A stretch of 64,000 nt of DNA. It comes from an uncultured Gammaproteobacteria bacterium. Lineage in GTDB: Bacteria > Pseudomonadota > Gammaproteobacteria > CAWCPV01. The stretch lies in assembly GCA_963797555.1 (NCBI GenBank), contig CAWCPV010000009.1, positions 1 through 64,000 of the forward strand, given 5' to 3'. A model generated the notes under the pieces. That model worked only from the letters and a program-made list of their open reading frames with translations. It was not told the origin of the DNA and did no database searches. Both the position numbers and the translations under genes were made by a program. Below, piece by piece: positions 31,039 through 40,548 of this stretch. The first letter of the stretch is position 1, and each line of letters opens with the position of its first letter.

Positions 31039-32109
31039 CTAGAGCTTCAGCCCGAGCGGGTCGTTCGGGTCGACGCCCGGCATGAACGGCAATCGTCGGT
31101 CGTTGTTGGTGATCTGATAGACCTTCCCCACCCAATTGTCGATGACCGCCTCGGCGGTGTCGTGCCACGTGTTGTGCAGACCGCCCGATATCAGCGCCTC
31201 CGGAAGCTCCGGCCGTGGCTCGCCCAGGCCAGCGGCTGTCAGCAGGCGGTCATGATGCTCCGCGAGTATGCCGCGTGTGCGCAGGCTGAAGTAGTTTTCC
31301 GGAAACGGTGGATAGTCCTCACGCTCTCCACGCACGAAGCGATCCACTTCCCGCTTGTACTCCTTGAGCAGGCTGATGGTGTCGTACTCGGGGTGACCCT
31401 GGAAGTACACGATGCGGAACAGATCCTCGCTCACAGCGAGATGAACGCCCGCCTCTGCGCTCTCCACCAGCACGTGCAGCCCTGCCGCCTCGAATTGGTC
31501 CCGATCGACAGAGTTGAAGCGCGAGTGCGGAACGTCGAACAGAGTATTGACGTCGTTCACCAGCGGGTGCGTGCGGTCGACGACATGATGACGATAGACT
31601 CCCCAGCGCTTTACGGCAAGCCGGCGGCGCTTCTGCGCGTGCTTGAATTGCAGCACGGCATGGGTCGCGAGGCACGAGCACAGGATAGAAGTCACGTTCT
31701 CGTGCGCCCATCCGATCACCTCGATGAGGGGCTTCCAGAATGGCTCCGCCGCCAAGTCAGGCTGGGTGACGTTGGCCCCCGTGATGATCAGCGCGTCCAG
31801 ACCATCCGCTTGCAGCCGCTGGAATGGCTCGTAATAGCGGCGCACGTACTGCATCGCCTCCGGGCTGCGTTCCAGCTCGTCGAGAGTGAAGGGGTGCATG
31901 TGGAACTGAGCGATCTGGTTACTTTCCCCCACCAGACGGAAAAACTGCCGCTCGGTGGCTGCCAGCGCCGCGTCGGGCATCATGTTGAGCAGCCCGATGT
32001 GCAGCTCTCGAATGTCTTGATGGATCGCCCGGTCCGGCTCGAGGACCGTCGTTCCTTCTCGGCTCAGGCGGTCGAAAGTTGGGAGATCGGAGTGCGCGAC
32101 CAGCGGCAT
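31039..32109 (-). CDS. metA: Homoserine O-succinyl/acetyltransferase (MetA family)
   Basis: IGLLNMMPD, DALIITGA, catalytic Cys in CSCLA, PHSR and QGHPEYD. Confidence 0.93.
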   Translation of the reverse strand: MPLVAHSDLPTFDRLSREGTTVLEPDRAIHQDIRELHIGLLNMMPDAALAATERQFFRLVGESNQIAQFHMHPFTLDELERSPEAMQYVRRYYEPFQRLQADGLDALIITGANVTQPDLAAEPFWKPLIEVIGWAHENVTSILCSCLATHAVLQFKHAQKRRRLAVKRWGVYRHHVVDRTHPLVNDVNTLFDVPHSRFNSVDRDQFEAAGLHVLVESAEAGVHLAVSEDLFRIVYFQGHPEYDTISLLKEYKREVDRFVRGEREDYPPFPENYFSLRTRGILAEHHDRLLTAAGLGEPRPELPEALISGGLHNTWHDTAEAVIDNWVGKVYQITNNDRRLPFMPGVDPNDPLGLKL

Positions 32110-32125
32110 GGTGGAAATACGGCGT

Positions 32126-32989
32126 TTACGGGGGACTGCCGGGCGGGCCCCGGCGCGCGATCGCCGTCTCCACCAAGGCCAGGAAACCGGGCTCGTCGCG
32201 CACGCCCGCCACCTCGTCCGTGGTCACCGTGTAACCGTCCTGATCGGCGATGGCCGCGTAGCGCGGCCGGCGCGAGCAAAAGAGCTTCGGGAAGCTCCAG
32301 CGCACGAAGTCGTCGGGATCGATCAGCGCAACGTAAGGCAAACCCCTCTCCTCCATGAAGAGCTGTAGCTGCTCCTCCAGAAATGCTTCACGGTAGTAAA
32401 GGGGCTTCGGGTCCTCCTCGGCGCGCCGCATCAGCTCCTGTTCGTCGTTCTCGGTGGCCTGGAGATACAGTATCAGCGTGTGCTGGGCGAGCCCCGGAAT
32501 CACGTCCGGGTCGTCCAACTCGCAGATGCTGCCACCGGCGTCGTTGACGAAGTGCTGGTAGCCATAAATCTCGCGCGCCTTGCGAATGAACTCCGGAACG
32601 TCCTTCATGGACGCGATCTCGGCCCTGCGATGCAACTCCTGCCGGCGCTTGAACTCTCGGAGAGACAGCCCTCCTTGCTCGGGGTCACCGAGCTTTCCGA
32701 GGAAGCTGGACACGGGCTTCAAGTTGTCGACGGTGATGTTGTTGCTGAAGTAAATCGAGTCCGAGCGCAGCAGATCGCGCAAGAACGGGACCTGCATGGC
32801 TTGCTGCTTGATGTTGTCCAGGATCGGCTCGTCTAAGTAGCGTGTCCCGATACGGTAGTCGCCCGAGTAATGGAACCAGTTGCGTTTGCGCAGCAGGTTG
32901 GCCAGGCGCGTCTTTCCCACCCCCGACATGCCGAGGAGCGTGATGCACCGGTTCTCCCACTCTCGGAACTCGTTGACGCTGAGTTTCAC
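32126..32989 (-). CDS. P-loop NTPase, conserved hypothetical upstream of metA
   Basis: Walker A GMSGVGKT, DYRIGTRY and NDAGGS. GTG start. Confidence 0.8.
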   Translation of the reverse strand: MKLSVNEFREWENRCITLLGMSGVGKTRLANLLRKRNWFHYSGDYRIGTRYLDEPILDNIKQQAMQVPFLRDLLRSDSIYFSNNITVDNLKPVSSFLGKLGDPEQGGLSLREFKRRQELHRRAEIASMKDVPEFIRKAREIYGYQHFVNDAGGSICELDDPDVIPGLAQHTLILYLQATENDEQELMRRAEEDPKPLYYREAFLEEQLQLFMEERGLPYVALIDPDDFVRWSFPKLFCSRRPRYAAIADQDGYTVTTDEVAGVRDEPGFLALVETAIARRGPPGSPP

Positions 32990-33123
32990 CCGGGCCGGCC
33001 TCGACGGTCAGCGAAGTTCATGATTCTAATGCCCGGGGCTCCTGGGTTCCAATGGCGCGCCTCCCGTCGCACGCGGCTTCCGGGAGCAGTTCCCACCGAC
33101 GGCGCCGTTGGAAAGACTGGTGC

Positions 33124-33151
33124 TTGACATCAGCGAGGATTCGCTTATGAT
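33124..33151 (+). promoter_or_regulatory. Sigma70-type promoter upstream of the riboswitch
   Basis: TTGACA (33124-33129), 16-bp spacer, TATGAT (33146-33151). Confidence 0.65.
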
Positions 33152-33194
33152 AGCTCGCACACGACGCTGAAGAAGTCTTCGAGCGTCGAGGCCT

Positions 33195-33278
33195 GATAAA
33201 GGCAAACTCACCGCAAGGTGGGGGCGCAAAGCTGCGGGTCCGGTGCCCTAGTTAGGGTTTGGACAGCCGAGCTGCCGG
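33195..33278 (+). ncRNA. Cyclic di-GMP-I (GEMM) riboswitch
   Basis: AAAGGCAAAC-TCACC-GCAA-GGTGG-GGGCGCAAAGC..GGGTC...GACAGCCGAGCTGCC matches the GEMM-I layout, including the GNRA-capped P2. Confidence 0.85.
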
Positions 33279-33761
33279 GACACAGGGGACGTGTGGCAGC
33301 TGATCCCGAGGAGGGGTCCAGTGGGCGCTAATACTGCTTCTGCTATTGCTGTACGCAGTTCTCCGGTGGCTTCAAAACACACCGGCGAAACTGGAGAGGC
33401 GCGCACCTGCCACTCTATTCCGTCAGCCGTTGTGTCCGACGGCAATCCCCCCATTTGGTCTTGGTCGGCGATATGAAGGCCGGGCGTGCCTGTGTAGGCA
33501 AAACGCCATGCAACGCCGGCCAGGAAGTGTCAGCTTCCGCCTCGGAGCGTCACCCTTGCAGCGTGGTGGCGGACCGCTTGAAACATCGCAGTCGGTCCAA
33601 CCACTGTGCTTCTGCTTGTGTCGAGCGCCATGATTGGTTGGGCATGAGACTTGCTTGAAGGTCTGCAATACTGGGGGGACATCTTAGTCGTCTCCCCGGG
33701 GACGACTTAGACCGCGAAACTTCTGCGAACCATCGTTCGTGGAAGCCAGAGGCGGGGGTTA

Positions 33762-34670
33762 TTTAACTCAATGCGAAGCGCGCGGGCGCTTTGCAGGGCG
33801 GTAGCGTACCCGAACGCGGGCAGTGGGCACCGCCCACGGGCACTCGGTGAAGCCGAGCGCCAACAGGATCTTTGCGCCTGGAGCTGTTGCGGGGCTGGGT
33901 CCTGCGAGTGCGGCAATTTTCCCATTTCCGGAGTGTCGCACAGCAAAGCTTAAGGTTTCATTAAGAGGTAGGGACTGAGGAGCGAAGTCGTTTAACTCGA
34001 TGCGAAGCGCGCGGGCGCTTTGCAGGGCGGTAGCGTACCCGAACGCGGGCAGTGGGCACCGCCCACGGGCACTCGGTGAAGCCGAGCGCCAACAGGATCT
34101 TTGCGCCTGGAGCTGTTGCGGGGCTGGGTCCTGCGAGTGCGGCAATTTTCCCATTTTCGGAGTGTCGCACAGCAAAGCTTAAGGTTTCATTAAGAGGTAG
34201 GGACTGAGGAGCGAAGTCGTTTAACTCGATGCGAAGCGCGCGGGCGCTTTGCAGGGCGGTAGCGTACCCGAACGCGGGCAGTGGGCACCGCCCACGGGCA
34301 CTCGGTGAAGCCGAGCGCCAACAGGATCTTTGCGCCTGGAGCTGTTGCGGGGCTGGGTCCTGCGAGTGCGGCAATTTTCCCATTTCCGGAGTGTCGCACA
34401 GCAAAGCTTAAGGTTTCATTAAGAGGTAGGGACTGAGGAGCGAAGTCGTTTAACTCGATGCGAAGCGCGCGGGCGCTTTGCAGGGCGGTAGCGTACCCGA
34501 ACGCGGGCAGTGGGCACCGCCCACGGGCACTCGGTGAAGCCGAGCGCCAACAGGATCTTTGCGCCTGGAGCTGTTGCGGGGCTGGGTCCTGCGAGTGCGG
34601 CAATTTTCCCATTTCCGGAGTGTCGCACAGCAAAGCTTAAGGTTTCATTAAGAGGTAGGGACTGAGGAGC
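33762..34670 (+). repeat. Tandem array of four near-identical 229-bp units
   Basis: Units start at 33762, 33991, 34220 and 34449 (the last is 222 bp). Only two substitutions were seen (33770 and 34157). There are no variable spacers. Confidence 0.97.
33794..34494 (+). promoter_or_regulatory. Four ops/JUMPStart-like motifs (RfaH recruitment sites), one per repeat unit
   Basis: CAGGGCGGTAGCGT at 33794, 34023, 34252 and 34481, in the sense orientation upstream of a polysaccharide cluster. Confidence 0.7.
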
Positions 34671-35370
34671 TGATCGGGGGCCGAAGCGTGCGTAGGAAAG
34701 GACTATGCGCCCCGAGAACTGGCGTCCTATCGGACCCGACTACATGGAGGAACTGGGCGATGGCGCGGGCCTGTACCTGAACGCGCCCGAGCATACCTCT
34801 GGTGCAGTGAGTCGATGAGCCGGCGGCGGTGGGATCAAGTTCTCCCATACGACGGACCGGAGGATAACGCGATGTACAAGATGATGTACAAGATCGTTGG
34901 TATGGGCTATGTCGGACCACAGCGCGTGCCAGTCGCCATCGACTATATCGTATGGGCCGCGGGCTACGATGACGCCATCAGGAGGGTCCGTCAGCTCGGA
35001 ATAATGGTCCTCCAGTGCACAGTGAACTCCGTTGGTCAACATTAGGTAAAGAGCTGCCCCGGCCGCTGAGAACTCTGCCACTTGCCAGGTCCCGGAACGC
35101 CGAGGACTTAGGCGTCTTGCCACGCGCGACTTGGGCGGTGGCGTGGCGTTCAAAACCGGTGGCATCGCGGGTCCAATCTGCGGCTTACCTCCAGGGCGGA
35201 CTGCTCCGGCCCCGACCATGAACAGTTGGGCAACACACTCGACTATCGGTCCGTGCAGTTCGGTCGTTACCGCCTGAGGAGCAGTGGTGACGATTCAGCT
35301 TAGTCCGAAGCAGACGCATTCATGCCAAAGGCTCCGTAATTCCGGTCGGTCATTGTGACAGGGGCGAGAT

Positions 35371-37201
35371 ATGTGCGGGATCATGGGATTAGTAGCTGAC
35401 GGTGAGCATCGGGCCGCGCCTGTTCTGTTGGACGGTCTCCGCCGGCTAGAGTATCGGGGCTATGATTCGGCGGGTATCGCCACCCTGGTGAATGGTCACA
35501 TTCTCCGTCGTCGGGCGGCAGGCAAGCTTTGCCAGTTGGAGCGTTTGCTGGACGAGAAGCCTTTGGGTGGGAGCATCGGCATCGGTCATACGAGGTGGGC
35601 GACGCACGGTCCACCGATCGCTGAGAATGCCCACCCCCACGCGACCGAGCGTGTGGCCGTCGTTCACAACGGCATCATCGAAAACTTCCAAGTTTTGAGA
35701 ACAGAGTCTCTTCGAACGTGGGTGTCGGTTCACTAGTGAGACCGACACGGAAGTCATTCCGCACCTCATTACCCACTATCTGGGGCAGGGCTTGGCTCCC
35801 GAAGTGGCGGCCGCTGAGGCCATAAAACGGCTGGAGGGTGCCTACGCGCTCGTTATTATGTTCGCTGGAGAGCCCGACCTGTTGTTGGGAGCGAGGCGCG
35901 GAAGCCCCCTCGTTGTAGGCGTGAGCGGACCCGCCACATACCTTGCCTCAGACGCGATTGCGCTAGTGCCCTTTACGCGAGATATCGTGTATTTGGAGGA
36001 GGGTGATCTCGCGCACATCAGCCGCCGCGGGTTCAAGGTTTACGATGCAGCCGGCGCCCTTGCTGCACGCCAGTCCAGACGCACGACCCTCACGGCGAGC
36101 CCCGTCGGCAAAGGCGAGTACGCGCACTTCATGCAAAAGGAAATCTTTGAGCAGCCTGCGGTGCTGACCCAAACCCTCAGACGCTATCGCAGTCCCACCG
36201 CCGGGCATGTCGAGTTACCCAAACTTCCTTTTGACCTCGCCACTCTGCCTAAGTTGACCATGGTTGCCTGCGGTAGCTCCTACTATGCTTGCCTAGTAGG
36301 GAAGTACTGGCTGGAGCACATCGCTGGAGTGCCAGTGGAGGTCGACGTGGCGTCTGAATTCCGTTATCGCGCGACGCCGTTACCTCAAGGGGGCGCCGCA
36401 CTCTTCGTGTCCCAGTCTGGCGAGACGGCCGATACTCTGGCGGCGTTGCGCCACACGCGCGCCCATGGGCAGCATATCCTCGCGGTGGTCAACGTTGCTG
36501 AAAGCAGTATGGCACGCAGTTCCGACGTGGTCTTTCAGACCCTCGCCGGACCTGAGATCGGCGTTGCATCTACGAAGACTTTCACGGCCCAGCTCATGGT
36601 CCTAGCTTGCCTCACTCTGGCCGCGGCCCGGGCAAGAGGGGTGCTGAGTCCCGGACACGAGGCGTACCTCACGGCCGCCCTTCTCCAGGTGCCCTCCCTG
36701 GTCACAGAGGTGCTGGCACAGGAGAGTGCGCTCCGGCAGCTAGCCCAGACGACGCACTTGGCCGACCGCATGTTCTATATTAGCCGAGGATCGTGCTATC
36801 CGATCGCGCTCGAAGGGGCGCTGAAGGTCAAGGAGATCGCGTACCTCCCCGCCGAAGGCTACCCGGCCGGTGAGCTCAAGCACGGTCCCATCGCCCTCGT
36901 GGACGACCACGTGCCGGTGGTCGTGCTGGCACCCCGCGACGCCCTCTTTGAGAAGACCGCATCCAATCTTCAGGAGGTAGCAGCACGCCGCGCCCACGTC
37001 ATTCTTATGAGCGATGCTACCGGCACCAGCGCTCTTCAGGAGCACGCTGCTGCTGTACTCGTGCTTCCAGAGGTCGAGCCGTTCGTTGCGCCTATGATCT
37101 ATGCTGTAGCCGTCCAGCTACTCGGTTACTATATTGCAGTGCTGCGAGGCACCGACATCGACCAACCGCGCAACTTGGCCAAGTCAGTGACAGTAGAGTA
37201 A
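35371..37201 (+). CDS. glmS: Glutamine--fructose-6-phosphate aminotransferase, with one frameshift near 35710
   Basis: [31 protein letters not shown], then SETDTEV in another frame, [16 protein letters not shown] and [11 protein letters not shown]. Confidence 0.93.
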
Positions 37202-37311
37202 GGCGCATGTTGCGGGCACTTTGTCATGGGGGAGCGGACCGGACCAGATCGGCGCGCGCCGCGACTCGGGGCGTGTGGGTATGAGCGGTCGAGGTTGCGG
37301 CGTTTGGGAAT

Positions 37312-37986
37312 ATGACGACACCAGCAAATGACTCCAGGAAGGCCCGTCGTCATGGGTGGCGCGGGATCGTCCATCTCGGACTTCTCACGGTGACATGTCT
37401 CATGTCGGGCTGCGGCGCCCTTCCGGCCGATCAAGCGAAATCGGGCGTTCAAGCCCCGGAGCCCGCATCGAGCGGCGCAGCCGTCTACAAGGTCGGTGTG
37501 GACGACGAACTCGAGGTCAAGGTCTGGAGGAACGAAGAGCTTTCGGTCAAGGTCCCGGTCCGGCCGGATGGCAAGATCTCCGTGCCACTCATTGGAAACG
37601 TCCAGGCGGCCGGCAAGACTCCAGAGGAAATTGCCGGCGAGATCGAGCAGAAGCTCGCCTTCTACGTGCTCGACCCCAAGGTTACGGTGATCCTAACGGC
37701 GCTCAGGAGCAACGAGTATCTGTCGCGCGTCCGGGTGACCGGTGCTGTCGAGCATCCGCTCTCGATGCCTTACCGTCGCGGAATAACCGTTCTCGACATC
37801 ATCCTGCAAGCAGGCGGCGTCAACAAGTTTGCGGCTCCGGATCGCACAAAGGTCTACAGAAAAGCCGGCAACGCAACCCAAGTGATCCCTGTCAAGCTCG
37901 GTAAGATATTGGAGAAAGGAGAGTTGTCCACCAATATCGAGCTCCGTCCAGGGGATGTAGTCACGGTTCCGGAAGGTTATTTTTGA
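37312..37986 (+). CDS. wza: Polysaccharide export lipoprotein (Wza-like, XrtA/PEP-CTERM-system type)
   Basis: Lipobox MSGC, VRPDGKISVPLIG and LRPGDVVTVP. Confidence 0.9.
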   Translation: MTTPANDSRKARRHGWRGIVHLGLLTVTCLMSGCGALPADQAKSGVQAPEPASSGAAVYKVGVDDELEVKVWRNEELSVKVPVRPDGKISVPLIGNVQAAGKTPEEIAGEIEQKLAFYVLDPKVTVILTALRSNEYLSRVRVTGAVEHPLSMPYRRGITVLDIILQAGGVNKFAAPDRTKVYRKAGNATQVIPVKLGKILEKGELSTNIELRPGDVVTVPEGYF

Positions 37987-39551
37987 ATCCCATGACGTTA
38001 TCACCCGAGACGCTGAGACTGCTTTTCCACGATGCTCTACGATTTAGAGCAGCGATTGTCGGCATATTTGTTCTTGTCAGCCTGGCAGTGTTGGGTCTGG
38101 CCTTGGTATGGCCGTATTATTATGCCTCGTCGACGACGATATACGTCCAAGAATCCAATATCATCGAGCCTCTGATGAAGGGCACGGCCGTCGCAACGGA
38201 GGTGGCGGATCGTGCCCAGATCGCCCAACAGGTAATAATGGGCGGAAAGGTCTTGGATAAGTTGTTGGATAAAGGTGGGTGGCCGAAGGAAGAGCTGGCG
38301 GGTGTTCGCCGGGCGGCCTTCATGCGGCGACTCATAGGCCGGATCACCGTGTCTAACGAGGGGAAAAACCTTATCCGAATCACGTATTCGGACACTGATC
38401 CCGAAAGGGCGCATCAGGTTACTGACCGACTGGCTGAACTTTTTATCGACGAGAGCGATTTCACCAAAGTCCGTGAGAGTGTGTCAGCCTTTCAGTTCAT
38501 CGATAAACAGGTCGGTGTATACGAGGAAAAGTTGGCAGAGGCCGACAAGAACCTGCAGGCGTTCATGGCAGCGCACCCGGAAGCACGGCCGGACTCGCAA
38601 GCAAGGGTGGGTCAGAGATTAGACGCACTTCGGGCGAAGATCGATGAGACCAGGCTAGCGATCAAGGAGGCGCAGACTCGCAATGCGGCGCTGGACAAAC
38701 AGCTTTATGGGGAAGCCGCCTTGACGGCCAGCCTCAGCCGAGAGGCACAGTACCGAGACCGACTGGCGCAATTACAGAAGAAGCTCGACACGCTCCGCCT
38801 GAGCTACCGCGATACGTATCCGGACATCATCAGTCTCAAGCGCCAGATAGAGGAGCTGACACAGACGATCGCTGCGGAAGACCAGCGGCGGGGCGGCCGA
38901 AGAATCACACTGCAGGCGCGTCACAGTGACGACGGTAACGACGCGGATGCCAGTAGCGTGAGCGTTAACCCACTGTATGAAGTGTTGCTAAAGGCGGCTA
39001 CGGAAACGAAGACACAGATTGACACGTTACATACGCGGCTCGCAGAAACAGAAGCGCTCTTGTCCAAGGAAATGGAAAACGCTCCATATCTCGACGAGCT
39101 AGGTGGAAAACTGGCGAACCTGAACAAGACCCACGAGTTTTACCGAAATACCGTCGCAGATCTCATACAGCGGAGGGAGCATGCGAAGCTGTCAGTGGAG
39201 CTTGAACAGGGGCAGCACGGGCTGACCTTCAGAGTCCAGGAGCCCGCCTCAGTTCCGATCAAGGCAAGCAAGCTCGGCTTTGTACAGTTTGCCGCTGGGG
39301 GAATCGTGCTGGGCATCGCCCTACCGATCGGACTTCTTTTCACTAAGTTGAATGTGGATCCCAGGATTCTGTTACAGTCCTCCATCTCGGAGGGGTTGGG
39401 ATTGCCGACGATGGCGGTCGTGCCATACCTGTCCTGCCCCAGGGAGAGGCGGCGGTTTGTTATCAACGGCATCCTCTTGGTTTTGGGCTTGTTGGTGTAC
39501 CTTGTCGGTTACGGCGCAACGGTGGGATTGCGCCTCAAAGGCATGATATGA
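37983..39551 (+). CDS. Polysaccharide co-polymerase / chain-length determinant
   Basis: N- and C-terminal transmembrane helices around a long coiled coil containing YRDTYPDII. Confidence 0.88.
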   Translation: MNPMTLSPETLRLLFHDALRFRAAIVGIFVLVSLAVLGLALVWPYYYASSTTIYVQESNIIEPLMKGTAVATEVADRAQIAQQVIMGGKVLDKLLDKGGWPKEELAGVRRAAFMRRLIGRITVSNEGKNLIRITYSDTDPERAHQVTDRLAELFIDESDFTKVRESVSAFQFIDKQVGVYEEKLAEADKNLQAFMAAHPEARPDSQARVGQRLDALRAKIDETRLAIKEAQTRNAALDKQLYGEAALTASLSREAQYRDRLAQLQKKLDTLRLSYRDTYPDIISLKRQIEELTQTIAAEDQRRGGRRITLQARHSDDGNDADASSVSVNPLYEVLLKAATETKTQIDTLHTRLAETEALLSKEMENAPYLDELGGKLANLNKTHEFYRNTVADLIQRREHAKLSVELEQGQHGLTFRVQEPASVPIKASKLGFVQFAAGGIVLGIALPIGLLFTKLNVDPRILLQSSISEGLGLPTMAVVPYLSCPRERRRFVINGILLVLGLLVYLVGYGATVGLRLKGMI

Positions 39552-40360
39552 CCCAGAGCAAGATCGAGAAGGCTTTCCAAAAGGCGCAATTCGGGAGCGA
39601 CCTGAGAGCCCAGGGAAACGCGTCTGCTCTCGTTATCCACGTCGGGACTACGCCCGCATCGGGCCCCCAATCCCAAGTTGACTGGCACCCCTCCCGCGTA
39701 ACGGAAAGGCCGCTGCTCGACAATGCAGCACGTGCCTCTCGCAGGATCATTTATCCGGAAATGCCCAACCGGCGAGTTTTGAATGCCTTTCGTGATCTGA
39801 GGACCAGGCTTTTGCCCAAAGTACGCGACGGACGGCTGGTGCTCATGATCACCAGCGCTGTCCCTGGAGGGGGCGGCAGCTTCGTGGCGGTTAACCTGGC
39901 GGTGGCGTTGTCTCTCGATGTGAACGCGAGGGTCTTGCTGGTGGACTGCAATCTTCGCACTCCGGAACTGCAAGATCTCGCTGTGGCAGAAAGTCCCGGA
40001 CTCATCGACTACCTGGAGAGTTCGGATCTCGAGCCTGAAGACGTCGTCTACCCCAGCGGCGTAGAGCGGCTCTGGATAGTGCCCTCGGGCGGAAGACGCG
40101 AGTCTCCAGCCGAATACTTCTCGTCCGACCGGATGCGCCAGTTGATGCTGAGCCTGAGACGCGGCCAGGGTGGTTGGCACGTCATTTTGGATGCTCACCC
40201 AGCGACGGAATCCGCGGACGCAAGGGTGCTGTCAGAGCTGTGCGACTATGTTCTGGTGGTGGTGCCGTTCGGCAAGGTTACGGAACGGCAGACTGCGGCT
40301 GCAGTGGAGGCGGTCGCACCAGATAGGCTACTGGGCGTTGTCTTCAACGGAGTACCGTAA
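39548..40360 (+). CDS. BY-kinase-like (CpsD/CapB) protein with a degenerate Walker A
   Basis: AFRDLRTRL, ITSAVPGGGGSFVAVNLA, LLVDCNLRTP and GVVFN. Confidence 0.85.
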   Translation: MTQSKIEKAFQKAQFGSDLRAQGNASALVIHVGTTPASGPQSQVDWHPSRVTERPLLDNAARASRRIIYPEMPNRRVLNAFRDLRTRLLPKVRDGRLVLMITSAVPGGGGSFVAVNLAVALSLDVNARVLLVDCNLRTPELQDLAVAESPGLIDYLESSDLEPEDVVYPSGVERLWIVPSGGRRESPAEYFSSDRMRQLMLSLRRGQGGWHVILDAHPATESADARVLSELCDYVLVVVPFGKVTERQTAAAVEAVAPDRLLGVVFNGVP

Positions 40361-40548
40361 GACGAGTAGGTTTGCCGAGACGGTTCGTTATGACTCCTCC
40401 CCCGGTTGTGGCCCGCCAGACGGCGGCCAAGCATCCTTGGGCCGCGGCAGAGGGATTTAGCAGTGCTATGTCAGCTCAGAGCAGGAGCGCCGGTCCCTGC
40501 TTGGGTCGTCCACTATTCTGAAGCCTGAGTTCTTGGACCTTTCAACAC

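Noticed and set aside
33761-33810. ATTTAAC/GTTTAAC at unit starts as integron attC or XerD/dif sites
   Set aside because: There is no matching GTTRRRY end, no XerC half-site, no cassette ORFs and no integrase.
33707-34633. Minus-strand ORFs of 79-147 aa across the repeats
   Set aside because: They are by-products of the repeat periodicity and show no protein-like motifs.
33762-34670. Tandem array as a CRISPR array
   Set aside because: The units are 229 bp and essentially identical, with no unique spacers and no cas genes in the window.
34815-35045. ORF containing KIVGMGYVGP, like a nucleotide-sugar dehydrogenase start
   Set aside because: Only a short motif matches. It may be a remnant but is too weak to call.
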